A DNA stretch of 64,000 bases from a virus (lineage: Duplodnaviria; Heunggongvirae; Uroviricota; Caudoviricetes), in the IMG/VR virus record IMGVR_UViG_3300034283_001314. The stretch is one strand, 5' to 3'. Positions 44,779 to 55,010 of this stretch are shown here, in pieces (position 1 is the first letter of the stretch; each line of letters begins with the position of its first letter). The notes beneath the pieces are model-generated. The model ran no database searches and was not told where the DNA came from. It worked only from the letters and a program-made list of their open reading frames with translations. A program made the translations under genes and the position numbers.

Positions 44779-45456
44779 ATGGAAAATAAACAAACACTAT
44801 GGATATTTGGAGATTCTTTTTCTACTCCATTTAATGATAACACATTAGGTACTTGGGATGGAGATTATTGTAAATGGAAAGGATATGTTCCTAAATACTT
44901 TGGTGATATTATAGCAAAAGAATTAGAAGTAAATATACAACACTTTGGATATGGTGGCTCGGATAACGATACTATATTTGAAAGTATAATAAAACAAGCT
45001 CCTAAAATTAATAAAGGAGATTTAGTTATCATTGGTTGGTCCTCCATAGGTAGATTTAGATTAGTAAATAGGGAAAATAAATTCCAAACCGTTATACCTA
45101 GTTTTATTGATAAGTCATTGACCTGGTTTGATACCATTTCTAAATCTACAATAGAAGAGATATTAGTAAATAGAGATCATTATTTGTATAAAAAAGAATT
45201 ATATACAAAACTAGAGTTTTTAAATTTTTTATTTAATGATATGAAGTTAATACAATGGACTCCATTTAATTATGATGGAACTAAGATATTAGGATTTAAA
45301 GATATAAATACTATAATGATAGAAACTAATGGAGAATTAAAGGATGGACACTATTCCGAAATTGGACATATAGAGGTTTCTAAAAAGTTTATCACTATGT
45401 TTAATGATGATAAATTGAGAAATGATTCTAATAGATTATATATGCACTTAATCTAA
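44779..45456 (+). CDS. SGNH/GDSL-family hydrolase
   Basis: 'LWIFGDSFSTPF' (GDS block I) and 'DGHYSEIGHIEV' (block V). Confidence 0.55.
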   Translation: MENKQTLWIFGDSFSTPFNDNTLGTWDGDYCKWKGYVPKYFGDIIAKELEVNIQHFGYGGSDNDTIFESIIKQAPKINKGDLVIIGWSSIGRFRLVNRENKFQTVIPSFIDKSLTWFDTISKSTIEEILVNRDHYLYKKELYTKLEFLNFLFNDMKLIQWTPFNYDGTKILGFKDINTIMIETNGELKDGHYSEIGHIEVSKKFITMFNDDKLRNDSNRLYMHLI

Positions 45457-45548
45457 TATTGCCGTTATTTCATCCCACTCTCTTTTCCCCTATATTATTT
45501 TTTTATTTCAGTTTATTATCGTATATTAGTAGTATAAACTTAAACGAT

Positions 45549-46286
45549 ATGAATATAAAGGAATTCTCTCAGCCAACAATTCTTAAAGGTACTCAATACG
45601 GAATAACCGTTACAATCGAATTAAACCATAGTGATACTTCTATTGACGAAGTTATGGATGGTATGTTAACGATTGTAAAAGGTTTAGGGTATTTAGATAC
45701 TACCGTTAATGAATGGATTAAACAAAAGGCTAAGGATGTATATGATGATGAACACCAAATCGTTAAGGATGCTTTCGCTGAAGATTGGTTTGATGTGTTT
45801 AACGATGATGAAGATTACCCCGGACAATTTAAGGATTGGGAAAATGAAACACCTACCGAAGAAGAACTACCGACGGAATGTTGGTGTGGTAGTACCGATA
45901 GATGTGATTGTATAAGTGACCCTAATGATAATGATGAGTATGATGATTTTGTAGATTCTAATTGGGATGAAGAAAGAATTGATATCATTGGTCAAAATGG
46001 TAATGAAGGTACACATTATGGTTTGGCTACCGATGAAGATATTGAAGAATGTGAATTGAACGATAAACCACACTTTGATTGGAATGATGATGTAGATATC
46101 ATTTGGTTTGATGAAGATGAGTTTGATGATTATGGAATGAGAAAAATACCAAATGATAAACTCAAAGCCGCCGCACAACGATATAGTGACGAGGTGAAGG
46201 CAAAACATAAACCCGTTAAATTAGATAAGAGCAAGGTAGTAAGAGGAAAGATTAAAGACTTGAAAAATGGAAAAACCAAAGATTAA
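45549..46286 (+). CDS. acidic hypothetical protein
   Basis: The ATG at 45549 is used because the track start at 45459 is TTG. The protein is D/E-rich and contains 'CWCGSTDRCDC'. Confidence 0.45.
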   Translation: MNIKEFSQPTILKGTQYGITVTIELNHSDTSIDEVMDGMLTIVKGLGYLDTTVNEWIKQKAKDVYDDEHQIVKDAFAEDWFDVFNDDEDYPGQFKDWENETPTEEELPTECWCGSTDRCDCISDPNDNDEYDDFVDSNWDEERIDIIGQNGNEGTHYGLATDEDIEECELNDKPHFDWNDDVDIIWFDEDEFDDYGMRKIPNDKLKAAAQRYSDEVKAKHKPVKLDKSKVVRGKIKDLKNGKTKD

Positions 46287-46761
46287 AAAAACTAAACAAC
46301 AATTATTAAACGAACAATACATAATACCTACTTTATCTAATTATTGGATGAATGGATATGGTTCACTACAATATAGAGATAAAAATGGAAAAACTCAATA
46401 TTGTAAAAAGGTAGATGGTAAAAGTGGATTTGTTTGGATATATAAAGATGGTGAAAGAAAAGAATTTAATGTTCACCAATGGGCCGTTCAATTAATAGAA
46501 GGATTTTCCGAAGTAGCCGTTAAAAGGGATGTAAAGAATATACTTACATCTATTTACGATACTAATGTAGATGGTAGTGATAAGAGAAGAAAAGATGGAG
46601 TAGATAAAGGAGTAATGTCATCATTTAAATCACCCATTTTGGAAACAAAACCATTATCCGAATTACTAAATAAGAAAAAAGAAGAAGAAAAAAGATTGGC
46701 TGAATTAGAAGCTAAGTTAGTTTTTAAACCTAAAAATAAAAAAAGCAAAAAACGACATTAA
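46267..46761 (+). CDS. hypothetical protein with basic C-terminus
   Basis: ATG ORF. Confidence 0.5.
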   Translation: MEKPKIKKTKQQLLNEQYIIPTLSNYWMNGYGSLQYRDKNGKTQYCKKVDGKSGFVWIYKDGERKEFNVHQWAVQLIEGFSEVAVKRDVKNILTSIYDTNVDGSDKRRKDGVDKGVMSSFKSPILETKPLSELLNKKKEEEKRLAELEAKLVFKPKNKKSKKRH

Positions 46762-46762
46762 T

Positions 46763-46790
46763 CCCCCCTAATTCCGCCCCATCCCCCCTT
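46763..46790 (-). other. C-rich island on the plus strand, giving a G-quadruplex-capable sequence on the minus strand
   Basis: CCCCCCtaattCCgCCCCatCCCCCCC. Its reverse complement shares GGGGCGG with the island at 37.1 kb. Confidence 0.5.
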
Positions 46791-46804
46791 AAATTAAAAT
46801 AGTT

Positions 46805-47080
46805 ATGTTTGGAAATTTAATACCAACCCCACCACCAATTAGTAAACCAACATTAACATATTTACTACCTAAGCCAATCTTTGTGATGAGGTTTAGAAAT
46901 TCTATGAGTGATGGTGAGTTTAGATATACACAAGAACAAATACACAAATCGGATATGGCAAAGGAGTATCATATCATTGTGATTAAAAATGATAAAGATA
47001 AGGATGAGTTTGAAATGTTTAATACAGAGAAGGTAGAGAGACAGGAATGGAATAAGTTAATAAATAAAATAATTAAATAG
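46805..47080 (+). CDS. hypothetical protein
   Basis: ATG ORF. Confidence 0.45.
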   Translation: MFGNLIPTPPPISKPTLTYLLPKPIFVMRFRNSMSDGEFRYTQEQIHKSDMAKEYHIIVIKNDKDKDEFEMFNTEKVERQEWNKLINKIIK

Positions 47081-47081
47081 T

Positions 47082-48227
47082 TTGAATAAGATATTTGTAC
47101 AATCATCGGATACTTTAGATTTTACTCTATTGGGTGAATACTTTGATATTATTCCTTGCTACGAATATACTAACCCATATACACCCTTTATTGAGTTTGG
47201 TATAGATAATGGTGATGTTCTATTTCTGCACCAAGCATCCATAGAATCTGTCTATCCTTACATACCTAAAGATAAAGTGATAACTATCTATTGTTTTGAG
47301 TTTCATGAGATAATCTATCCCCACGTTAAAGAAAGGTTTAAAGAGTTATATTCCGATACACTAGCCCAATTATTTTTTATATCTACCGATTTGGAGATGG
47401 GTAAGTATGATTTAGGGTTTAAGTATACACTACCTGCATTTAGAAACTTGTTTAACATTCAACCTACACATAATACCGAAAGAAGTGTTAAGTATACCTT
47501 ATTTAACCAAAGTGTAAATTTTCGTAGGTTAAAGGTATTTGAATTACTTAAACGGTCTAACTTTGTAAAATCAATAGATTCAGCGGTTTCATTTGGTATG
47601 GTGTATATGAGTGTTCAGTTTGATGAAGTAAAGGGAATTAGAGATTACCTTGCAGCAAGAATAGATCAATTGAAATTTAAGGTTAAAGGAGTTGATATTG
47701 ATATTGATTACATAGAATCGTTTTCAAATGAATTTAACTTATTTGGATTTAATAGAGATACCATAAAAGAAGATATACAACATGGTGAACCAATTTATCT
47801 ACAATTAGATTCAGTAAATAAAATATCAAATGATTCATACATATCTTTTATTATTGAGAGTTGTGATGGTTCGTTTATAGATACGAGAATTACCGAAAAA
47901 ACTTTAAGAGCTATTTATTATAAGAATATATTTTTAGTTTTACAAAATGATAATATACACTCTCTTTTAAGAGATATTGGATTTAAAACATTTGAGGATA
48001 TATTTTATCTTAATGATGATTGGGATAAAATAAATGAAAATTATAAAATAGGTACATTTACCAAATGGATAAATTATATAAATGAATTATCAATTGAAAA
48101 GGTAAACGAACTTTATAATAGAGAGGATGTTCAACAAAGATTAGAACACAATTATAATTTATTATGTGAATTATTTAAAACACATAATTTAACAAATAAA
48201 ATAATATTAACAAATAAAACAAAATAA
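47082..48227 (+). CDS. putative glycosyltransferase, fucosyltransferase-like (GT10-type motif); apparent TTG start
   Basis: 'FIIESCDGSFIDTRITEKTLRAIYYKNIFL'. It is a paralog of 26690-27814, with conserved N-termini that force the TTG start at 47082. Confidence 0.45.
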   Translation: MNKIFVQSSDTLDFTLLGEYFDIIPCYEYTNPYTPFIEFGIDNGDVLFLHQASIESVYPYIPKDKVITIYCFEFHEIIYPHVKERFKELYSDTLAQLFFISTDLEMGKYDLGFKYTLPAFRNLFNIQPTHNTERSVKYTLFNQSVNFRRLKVFELLKRSNFVKSIDSAVSFGMVYMSVQFDEVKGIRDYLAARIDQLKFKVKGVDIDIDYIESFSNEFNLFGFNRDTIKEDIQHGEPIYLQLDSVNKISNDSYISFIIESCDGSFIDTRITEKTLRAIYYKNIFLVLQNDNIHSLLRDIGFKTFEDIFYLNDDWDKINENYKIGTFTKWINYINELSIEKVNELYNREDVQQRLEHNYNLLCELFKTHNLTNKIILTNKTK

Positions 48228-48228
48228 A

Positions 48229-48459
48229 ATGGCAAAGAAACAAGTTACACAAGAAGTAGAAGAAACACAAATTCAAGAACCACAATTTGAAGCTACACGT
48301 GTTAATTGGTATGAGTTTGATTGGGATAACAAAATTAATTCATTAGATGATATTAAGGTTATCTTTAAATCTTTAAGAATGACAGTAAGTGATAAGGCAG
48401 AAGACTTTGATACACTTAAAAAATACTTAAAAGAGGAAGTAGCTTACCAAACCAATTAA
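48229..48459 (+). CDS. hypothetical acidic protein
   Basis: ATG ORF. Confidence 0.45.
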   Translation: MAKKQVTQEVEETQIQEPQFEATRVNWYEFDWDNKINSLDDIKVIFKSLRMTVSDKAEDFDTLKKYLKEEVAYQTN

Positions 48460-48502
48460 TACTTTTCCATATATTTATTCCTAAACAAAGGAGTAACAAT
48501 TT

Positions 48503-48628
48503 ATGGCAAAGAAAGGTTCATTAACATCAACAAAGGTTTCATTCGGTTCCCGTAAAACAGGGTCAGCAAAGAAATCGTACAACAAACACAGTCCAAAGCC
48601 AAAAGCTTATAGAGGACAAGGAAGATAA
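48503..48628 (+). CDS. small basic protein (41 aa)
   Basis: Preceded by 'AAAGGAGTAACAAT', identical to the SD-like element before 3026. The stop overlaps the next ATG. Confidence 0.35.
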   Translation: MAKKGSLTSTKVSFGSRKTGSAKKSYNKHSPKPKAYRGQGR

Positions 48629-49434
48629 TGTTTAGTAGAGAAATTACAAATGATTACGGCTCTTATTCAAAAGAAGGAGAACAAACGGTCTTATTAAAGG
48701 GAACGTTTGATTCTAACTTTATTGAAATAGCCGTAATCAACCCTACTATTCCAGCTTACAAAGTATTTGATTCGGAAACAATTAATTTTGGTGTTGTTAT
48801 TGGTAATTCTACATACATACCATCTCATTTGTTTGAGCAACTTAAAACAGCGTTTGAAGAAGGTAATCCGTATTTTACACCAGATGATTTAATTACAATT
48901 CAATTAAATTTAGAAAATACTTTAAACTATATTAACTCAAAATACTATGAACAAACTATAACTAGTAAAGTTGATTATAAAGGAGTAGGTAGAGTAGAAC
49001 AATTAACAAATACTAATACCTCAACTGCAACTATTACAACTAGGAGTGGTTCTGTGAATGTATCACAACCAGCTACTATTACACTTAATACACCAGAACA
49101 AAAAGAAGTAGTGGATATTCAAGCAAATTTTACATCAACATTTAAAAGTAGATTAGAAGTAGCAGGAGTAGATGATATTTCATATGAATTTTTTATTGAT
49201 AATAATCCTGATACATTAAATGATAATAATATAATCGAATATATACGATTTGTATTTGAAGAAAAAAATTCAATAAGACCACGGGGTTCATTTAGGATTC
49301 AACAATACGAATTACCGAATGGTGAAGTAATTCAGGCAAATTTACCAGCTGAAACTAGAATAGTGGCTCCAGTAAGAGATAGAGTAACTAATGTTGATGA
49401 TTATCTAAGAGATGTAAATAGAGAAGGCTTGTAA
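48628..49434 (+). CDS. hypothetical protein (possible virion component)
   Basis: ATG ORF, T/S/N-rich, with no motif. Confidence 0.5.
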   Translation: MFSREITNDYGSYSKEGEQTVLLKGTFDSNFIEIAVINPTIPAYKVFDSETINFGVVIGNSTYIPSHLFEQLKTAFEEGNPYFTPDDLITIQLNLENTLNYINSKYYEQTITSKVDYKGVGRVEQLTNTNTSTATITTRSGSVNVSQPATITLNTPEQKEVVDIQANFTSTFKSRLEVAGVDDISYEFFIDNNPDTLNDNNIIEYIRFVFEEKNSIRPRGSFRIQQYELPNGEVIQANLPAETRIVAPVRDRVTNVDDYLRDVNREGL

Positions 49435-49443
49435 TATAATGTT

Positions 49444-49821
49444 ATGGATATTAACAAATTATTAAAACTAACTAATATGTACGCTAAAACCGATTGGAAA
49501 AAGTATTTTCACGAGGAATCCTCACCGGCGGTAAAGGAATATATAGAAACCAATGCAGATAGAATTTATCCATGGATACTAACTATAATTAAACAAGCGG
49601 TAGATGAAAAATTAGATGAAGTTGCTATTATAAAGTTTACTGATACTAAAATGTTTGCTACAATACAACGAAATGAATACACCGATTTGTTAAATAAAAT
49701 AATGGAACATTTTATAGAAAAAGAGGAATATGAGCAATGTGCACATATTAGAGATTTAATTACAACATTATCTATCCCACACATAAAACCAAAAAGAAAA
49801 TATACTAAGAGGGAAAGATAA
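49444..49821 (+). CDS. hypothetical protein
   Basis: ATG ORF. Confidence 0.5.
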   Translation: MDINKLLKLTNMYAKTDWKKYFHEESSPAVKEYIETNADRIYPWILTIIKQAVDEKLDEVAIIKFTDTKMFATIQRNEYTDLLNKIMEHFIEKEEYEQCAHIRDLITTLSIPHIKPKRKYTKRER

Positions 49822-49827
49822 ATTACT

Positions 49828-50112
49828 ATGAATAAAATAAGAGAAATAATAGGTGCATGGGTAATATCATTTAATCCTTCGCCTGAACAAAAAGAATTAG
49901 CAGAAAAACGATATGAGATATGTTTAGGATGTGAACATTATGGAAAAAAGAGACGAATTACACAAGATGAATATTGTAAACAATGTTTATGTTCTATTCA
50001 AAAAAAAGTATTTACAGAAAAAACAAAAGAATCATGTCCATTAAATAAATGGTCTGACATAGATAGTACATATATAGACACTATAAATAAAAAATCAAAA
50101 TCAATAATTTAG
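49828..50112 (+). CDS. six-Cys small protein (paralog of 35851-36111)
   Basis: 'CLGCEH', 'CKQCLC' and a C-terminal 'CPLNKW'. Confidence 0.45.
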   Translation: MNKIREIIGAWVISFNPSPEQKELAEKRYEICLGCEHYGKKRRITQDEYCKQCLCSIQKKVFTEKTKESCPLNKWSDIDSTYIDTINKKSKSII

Positions 50113-50158
50113 TATTATTTAGTAAATACGTATATTTATATAAAAGAAATAAAAAACT

Positions 50159-51685
50159 ATGAAGGCACTTATACTTGGAACCGATTTCTTAAAAGATTCG
50201 GAAGGAAACTTAAAAATAATTGAAACAAATACCAATGTTGATGTTCATAATCAAATTACAGAAGAACTTGATTGGGTTACATTTAAACAATTTTTAATAG
50301 ATAATTCTATTAATAATTTACATTTCATTTACACAGAGGGTAATTTCATTATAAATGAGAATATAGTTGATCGTAAAAATCCTGAATTTCCAAAGACTTC
50401 TTTAAAAGATAAAATGTCGGAAATCATGGAGGAGTTAAACGGAACATTCCAAATCCATATGCTTCCGAACGGTTCTGTTACCGTTCCACTTATTGAGGAT
50501 AATGATAATACTTTAATAATTAGAACATCGTATGATGCTACCGCAATTGTAGATGAAGAATATACTAAAGATAAGGTTAATTTTCATAGATTGATATCTA
50601 ATGAAACATATTCTACAAATTTTTATTATAGTTCATCTACTGATACAGAATTAAATATTGATAGACTAACCGATTTACATACAACAACCGGAAACGCTCC
50701 CAATTATATTGTAAAAACAAGATTACCACATAATGGGTATAATGTATATCCAAAATTTTACAAAATAGAATCTTTAGAAGATTTAGCAACATTGAAAAAT
50801 TCGGTTACCGATTTGGAATTTATTGAAGAATATCATCTAAATTCTGAAAATTTTGTAAATGAGAAAATTGGGGTAATTAGAAGTTTAGATATTTTATATG
50901 GTGGTAATTTAAGTTGTTTACATTTGGGCTCATATACGATGACTGCCGGTATTAAAAATAATCAATTTGAAACCACATATGATGAAACTGGTTTAATGAA
51001 TGCAGAAGGTAGAATTTTATGGATGACTAAGAATACAGATAGTATGTTATATTCAAAAAATTATATATTAGATGATGATACACCATTGTTATATCCTGAT
51101 AATGTACTAAAATCACCAAATGAAATTTTGGTAGGAGACACAATAAAAACTATCAAATTTGATTGGATTCCTGAAGATGAGGGTACAATTGATAACCCAA
51201 CATATCAGCCAAATGTTAACTCAGGTAGTTACAACACAGATTTAACAACATTCACAACCGGGTCAACTGAGGTGGTACATATAAGTGATACAATCAGAAA
51301 TACTGTAATGATTAGAGTTACATTAGAAAATGGTATAGTATATGAAGATTTACCAACATCTGTTATGTATATTGAAGAACATGATACATTAAGAACTACT
51401 TTTTCAGATACAAATAGATTTAGAGTAAATGACTCAATTGTATTTTATGATAGTAATAATACACTTATTAAATCTAAAATTACAAATTTAGAAATTGTTT
51501 ACGTTAATAGAAAAGTTTATGATTTAAACGTAGAACCAAGTGATATATATTTGAGTTTAGCCGATTCTACATTAGGATTATTTTTTGTACAACACAACGC
51601 ATGTTCTGCATTTTGTTATGGTGGATGCTTCCCCGCATACTATTGTGGTGGTTGTCCAAACTGTGAACAAGGATTTAAACTATAA
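50159..51685 (+). CDS. large hypothetical protein with Cys-rich C-terminus (possible fibre or receptor-binding protein)
   Basis: 508 aa. The C-terminus 'CSAFCYGGCFPAYYCGGCPNCEQG' has 6 Cys in 24 aa. Confidence 0.5.
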   Translation: MKALILGTDFLKDSEGNLKIIETNTNVDVHNQITEELDWVTFKQFLIDNSINNLHFIYTEGNFIINENIVDRKNPEFPKTSLKDKMSEIMEELNGTFQIHMLPNGSVTVPLIEDNDNTLIIRTSYDATAIVDEEYTKDKVNFHRLISNETYSTNFYYSSSTDTELNIDRLTDLHTTTGNAPNYIVKTRLPHNGYNVYPKFYKIESLEDLATLKNSVTDLEFIEEYHLNSENFVNEKIGVIRSLDILYGGNLSCLHLGSYTMTAGIKNNQFETTYDETGLMNAEGRILWMTKNTDSMLYSKNYILDDDTPLLYPDNVLKSPNEILVGDTIKTIKFDWIPEDEGTIDNPTYQPNVNSGSYNTDLTTFTTGSTEVVHISDTIRNTVMIRVTLENGIVYEDLPTSVMYIEEHDTLRTTFSDTNRFRVNDSIVFYDSNNTLIKSKITNLEIVYVNRKVYDLNVEPSDIYLSLADSTLGLFFVQHNACSAFCYGGCFPAYYCGGCPNCEQGFKL

Positions 51686-51712
51686 TTAAATAATTTATTT
51701 AAAAATAAAAAT

Positions 51713-51829
51713 ATGAAACCAAGAATAATTAAAAGTGAAATTGTTATAACTAACACAACCACAGACACAAACATAGCAACTATTATGCAAGAAGTTGCAA
51801 ATCTTATATATGTAGATGTAACACAATAA
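51713..51829 (+). CDS. small hypothetical protein (38 aa)
   Basis: ATG ORF between genes. Confidence 0.25.
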   Translation: MKPRIIKSEIVITNTTTDTNIATIMQEVANLIYVDVTQ

Positions 51830-51833
51830 TATT

Positions 51834-52658
51834 ATGAAACTATTTACCTTTGGTGATAGTTGGACGGAAGGTGTGGGTGGAAATCTAACCGAAGAATATG
51901 TTACGGATATACCAGAAGAAAGAACAATAATACGACAAAAATATTGTTGGCCAAAACACTTATCAGAGTTATTGAAGTGTGAAGTGCAAAATTATGGAGT
52001 GGGTGCTTTTTCAAATAATACAATATTTAATTCAATCTGTCACCAATTAAAAAATGAAATCATCACTAAAGATGATTTTGTTGTTATTATGTGGAGTTCA
52101 TCTTTGAGAGACAATTTACCATTTTTCCCAAACGAAGATTCTTTTCATATCTGGGGGGAGCGATATAAAAGTAAACAACATCTAATTAAATATATTTTTG
52201 ATGGTATTACTAGTAATAATATAAACTATAATAGAGCAGAAAAAGATTTTAGAGAATATTATATAACTAATTTGTTTAGTGATTCCTACTATAATATTAT
52301 AAATCAAAACTATATATTACATTTACAATTTATATTTAAACAAATGGGAATACAATATCTTTTTTGTGATGCATTTGATAATATGATTGGTAAAACTGTA
52401 ATTAGTGAAATTGATAATAGTAATTTAATTGATAATAGTAGATATTGGGGATTCAAAGAAAAAACATTTGCAGACTTTTTGATTGATTTAAAAAGGAGAG
52501 ATGTTTGGGAAGATAATAATTATTGGAGTCAATCGACATCTGGTAAACACCCAAGTAATAATGGATATCAGTTAATTGCGGAAGAATTATATAAATTTAT
52601 ATTAAATTCAAATTTACTGAAAAACGTTATGTGTAAAGATAAAAATTATTTAATATGA
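51834..52658 (+). CDS. SGNH/GDSL-family hydrolase
   Basis: 'LFTFGDSWTEGVGG' (GDSxxxG block I) and 'GKHPSNNGYQLIA' (block V). Confidence 0.55.
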   Translation: MKLFTFGDSWTEGVGGNLTEEYVTDIPEERTIIRQKYCWPKHLSELLKCEVQNYGVGAFSNNTIFNSICHQLKNEIITKDDFVVIMWSSSLRDNLPFFPNEDSFHIWGERYKSKQHLIKYIFDGITSNNINYNRAEKDFREYYITNLFSDSYYNIINQNYILHLQFIFKQMGIQYLFCDAFDNMIGKTVISEIDNSNLIDNSRYWGFKEKTFADFLIDLKRRDVWEDNNYWSQSTSGKHPSNNGYQLIAEELYKFILNSNLLKNVMCKDKNYLI

Positions 52659-53203
52659 TGGAATTTTCTATAAACAATTTTTTTTCAAAAGAAGAATGTA
52701 AATCTATTATAGAAATTGCCGATGCCATTGGTGTTAAATTTTCATATAATCCAAATGAAGTATGGGATTGTAAACGAATTTATGATGACAAATTCAAAGA
52801 AAATATTTTAAATAAACTAAAAACGAATTACCAAAATAATAATTTTAAATTGTGGTTTGATTTGAATGAATTTAAAATAAATGATGTTAATATTAGTTTG
52901 ACCAAATATTATGATAATAGATGGTTAGATTTACATTTAGATAGGATGTCTCAATTAACAACAGTTATAGTCCTTTCCGATGAATTTGATGACGGTAGAT
53001 TTGTATTATCTCCCAATAATGGTGATATTAATACAGCCGAAAAATATAATTTGCAAATTGGAGATGGTATTTCGTTTGATGGTAGTAAAGTATATCATGG
53101 TGTATTACCTGTTCATACAGGTATAAGATATGCTTTAAATATATGGATGACAAATACCGATTTTGAATATAAACCTTTAAAAATCAATAAAAGCATAATA
53201 TAA
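52655..53203 (+). CDS. 2OG-Fe(II) oxygenase (P4H-like small form)
   Basis: 'LHLDRM' (HxD), 'KVYHGV' (distal His) and 'GIRYALNIW' (Arg). Confidence 0.55.
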   Translation: MMEFSINNFFSKEECKSIIEIADAIGVKFSYNPNEVWDCKRIYDDKFKENILNKLKTNYQNNNFKLWFDLNEFKINDVNISLTKYYDNRWLDLHLDRMSQLTTVIVLSDEFDDGRFVLSPNNGDINTAEKYNLQIGDGISFDGSKVYHGVLPVHTGIRYALNIWMTNTDFEYKPLKINKSII

Positions 53204-53212
53204 AATATCACA

Positions 53213-53836
53213 ATGAAACCAAACATTTATATATGTGGAGATAGTTTTGTAGATTGGGATTTACCCGAAGTACATTGGACAGATTATTTATCTAATCATT
53301 ATAATGTTATTAAATTAGGAAAGTTTGGTTCGGATAATCATTCTATAATTTATCAAACGGGAAATATTCCAAACTATATAGATGGTGATAGACTTATAAT
53401 TGTATTTACGGCACCTGGTAGATTTCCAAGAAGATATTTTGGTGAACGTGATATAAATCATAATATAAAATATTTAAATTGGGAATGGTATAAAGATAAA
53501 TCTTTTGCAAAAAAACTATTAGATTTAAGAATATCAGAAACACAAAATTGGTTAGATGGAAATAGAGATAATGAAATATTATTTATTAAAAAATTAAAAT
53601 ATTTTTATGAAAATTATGAACCAATATTTGTAACATGGAATGATGATTTTTATGAAAAAACAAAAGAGTTTGTAGAATTAATAAAAGTAACTTCTATATC
53701 AGATGAAGGTGGTGACCCGATAGATTGGCATCCTGGACGGGTTGGGTGTTATGATTTTTATCTTAAACTACATAAATTTCTAAACATAGAAGAATCAATT
53801 ATAGAATTTGAAAATAAAAAAAATAAACTTATATGA
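53213..53836 (+). CDS. SGNH/GDSL-family hydrolase
   Basis: 'IYICGDSFVDW' (GDS) and 'IDWHPGRVG' (DxHP). Confidence 0.5.
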   Translation: MKPNIYICGDSFVDWDLPEVHWTDYLSNHYNVIKLGKFGSDNHSIIYQTGNIPNYIDGDRLIIVFTAPGRFPRRYFGERDINHNIKYLNWEWYKDKSFAKKLLDLRISETQNWLDGNRDNEILFIKKLKYFYENYEPIFVTWNDDFYEKTKEFVELIKVTSISDEGGDPIDWHPGRVGCYDFYLKLHKFLNIEESIIEFENKKNKLI

Positions 53837-54351
53837 AATTATCAATAGAAGATTTGATTTTTTTAAAATCCGAATTAAGTGTTACTAGAATAATGAATGA
53901 GGAAGACTTGGCGTATATAAAAGCATCTCACCCTCAATTATATTTTGCAACCCATCTTAAAAAAGATGAAGGGGTCTCTCTTTTTCCAAATAATAGTTGG
54001 GTTTATACTTTGGAAAATAAAAATTTAAATGAATTTATTTGTAATAAATTTGAAGAACCTATTGATAATTTATACATAATACATAGATTAATATATGGTG
54101 AAAATGGTTATGCTAAAAAACATAAAGATAGATTTACAACACATAAAACAATTAGTATTTTATTATCATCCGATTTTACCGGTGGGGAAATGTATATAAA
54201 TGATGAAGATGTGTCATTAACAAATGAAGGAGATTATGTTGTATTTAATGGTGGGAATGAATCACATGAAGTAAAAAAGATAATTAGTGGGGAGCGAGAT
54301 GTATTGATAATATGGTTTTCCAAAAAGAAAGCAAAATTTAGTATTATATGA
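53833..54351 (+). CDS. 2OG-Fe(II) oxygenase (P4H-like small form)
   Basis: 'KHKDRF' (HxD), 'ESHEV' and 'GERDVLIIWF'. Confidence 0.55.
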   Translation: MKLSIEDLIFLKSELSVTRIMNEEDLAYIKASHPQLYFATHLKKDEGVSLFPNNSWVYTLENKNLNEFICNKFEEPIDNLYIIHRLIYGENGYAKKHKDRFTTHKTISILLSSDFTGGEMYINDEDVSLTNEGDYVVFNGGNESHEVKKIISGERDVLIIWFSKKKAKFSII

Positions 54352-55010
54352 GAATTGCAATAGTGTGTAATGGTAGGAGTGGTTCCACATCAACGTTTTA
54401 TTATTTAAAGTGTTGTTTAGCTAGAGAACGTAAAAAATATGATTCTTTCTTTGAACCATTTAATTTTATAAATCCAGATAGAGAGGATACATACAACCAA
54501 CTAAAAACAATTGATGAAATAATAAATAAAAAAAACATATTAATAAAAACATTTATAGATAGTGATAATTACCCATATGAATCTTTTAAAAGTGTAGAAG
54601 ATTATTGGGAATGGTTTTATTCATTTTTTGATAAAATAATAGTATTAGAAAGAAAAAATAAAAGATTACAAGCCGAATCACTGGCCTATCATATTAGAAT
54701 ATCTAAAAATAAAACACCTTTACAAACTTGGCATACACAAAAATATTATGAATTAACAGAGGATGATGAGGATGCTGTAATAAAACTAACACATCATTTA
54801 GAATCAGAATCATTAGTGTTAAAATTTATTTCAGATAAAGGGTATCCACTATTTTATTATGAGGATATATTTGTTAATAAAGATATTGAAACGATAAAAC
54901 GTTTAAACGAATATTGTGAAATAGCATATAGTCAAATATGTATTGATGAGTGGATAAATTCTCCATATAAAAAAGTAAGAATAGAAGAAAAGTCAACTAA
55001 ATTAATATAA
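54348..55010 (+). CDS. sulfotransferase-like P-loop protein
   Basis: N-terminal 'IAIVCNGRSGSTSTFYYL' resembles the RSGST PAPS-binding loop of Sulfotransfer_3/NodH-type enzymes. Confidence 0.35.
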   Translation: MRIAIVCNGRSGSTSTFYYLKCCLARERKKYDSFFEPFNFINPDREDTYNQLKTIDEIINKKNILIKTFIDSDNYPYESFKSVEDYWEWFYSFFDKIIVLERKNKRLQAESLAYHIRISKNKTPLQTWHTQKYYELTEDDEDAVIKLTHHLESESLVLKFISDKGYPLFYYEDIFVNKDIETIKRLNEYCEIAYSQICIDEWINSPYKKVRIEEKSTKLI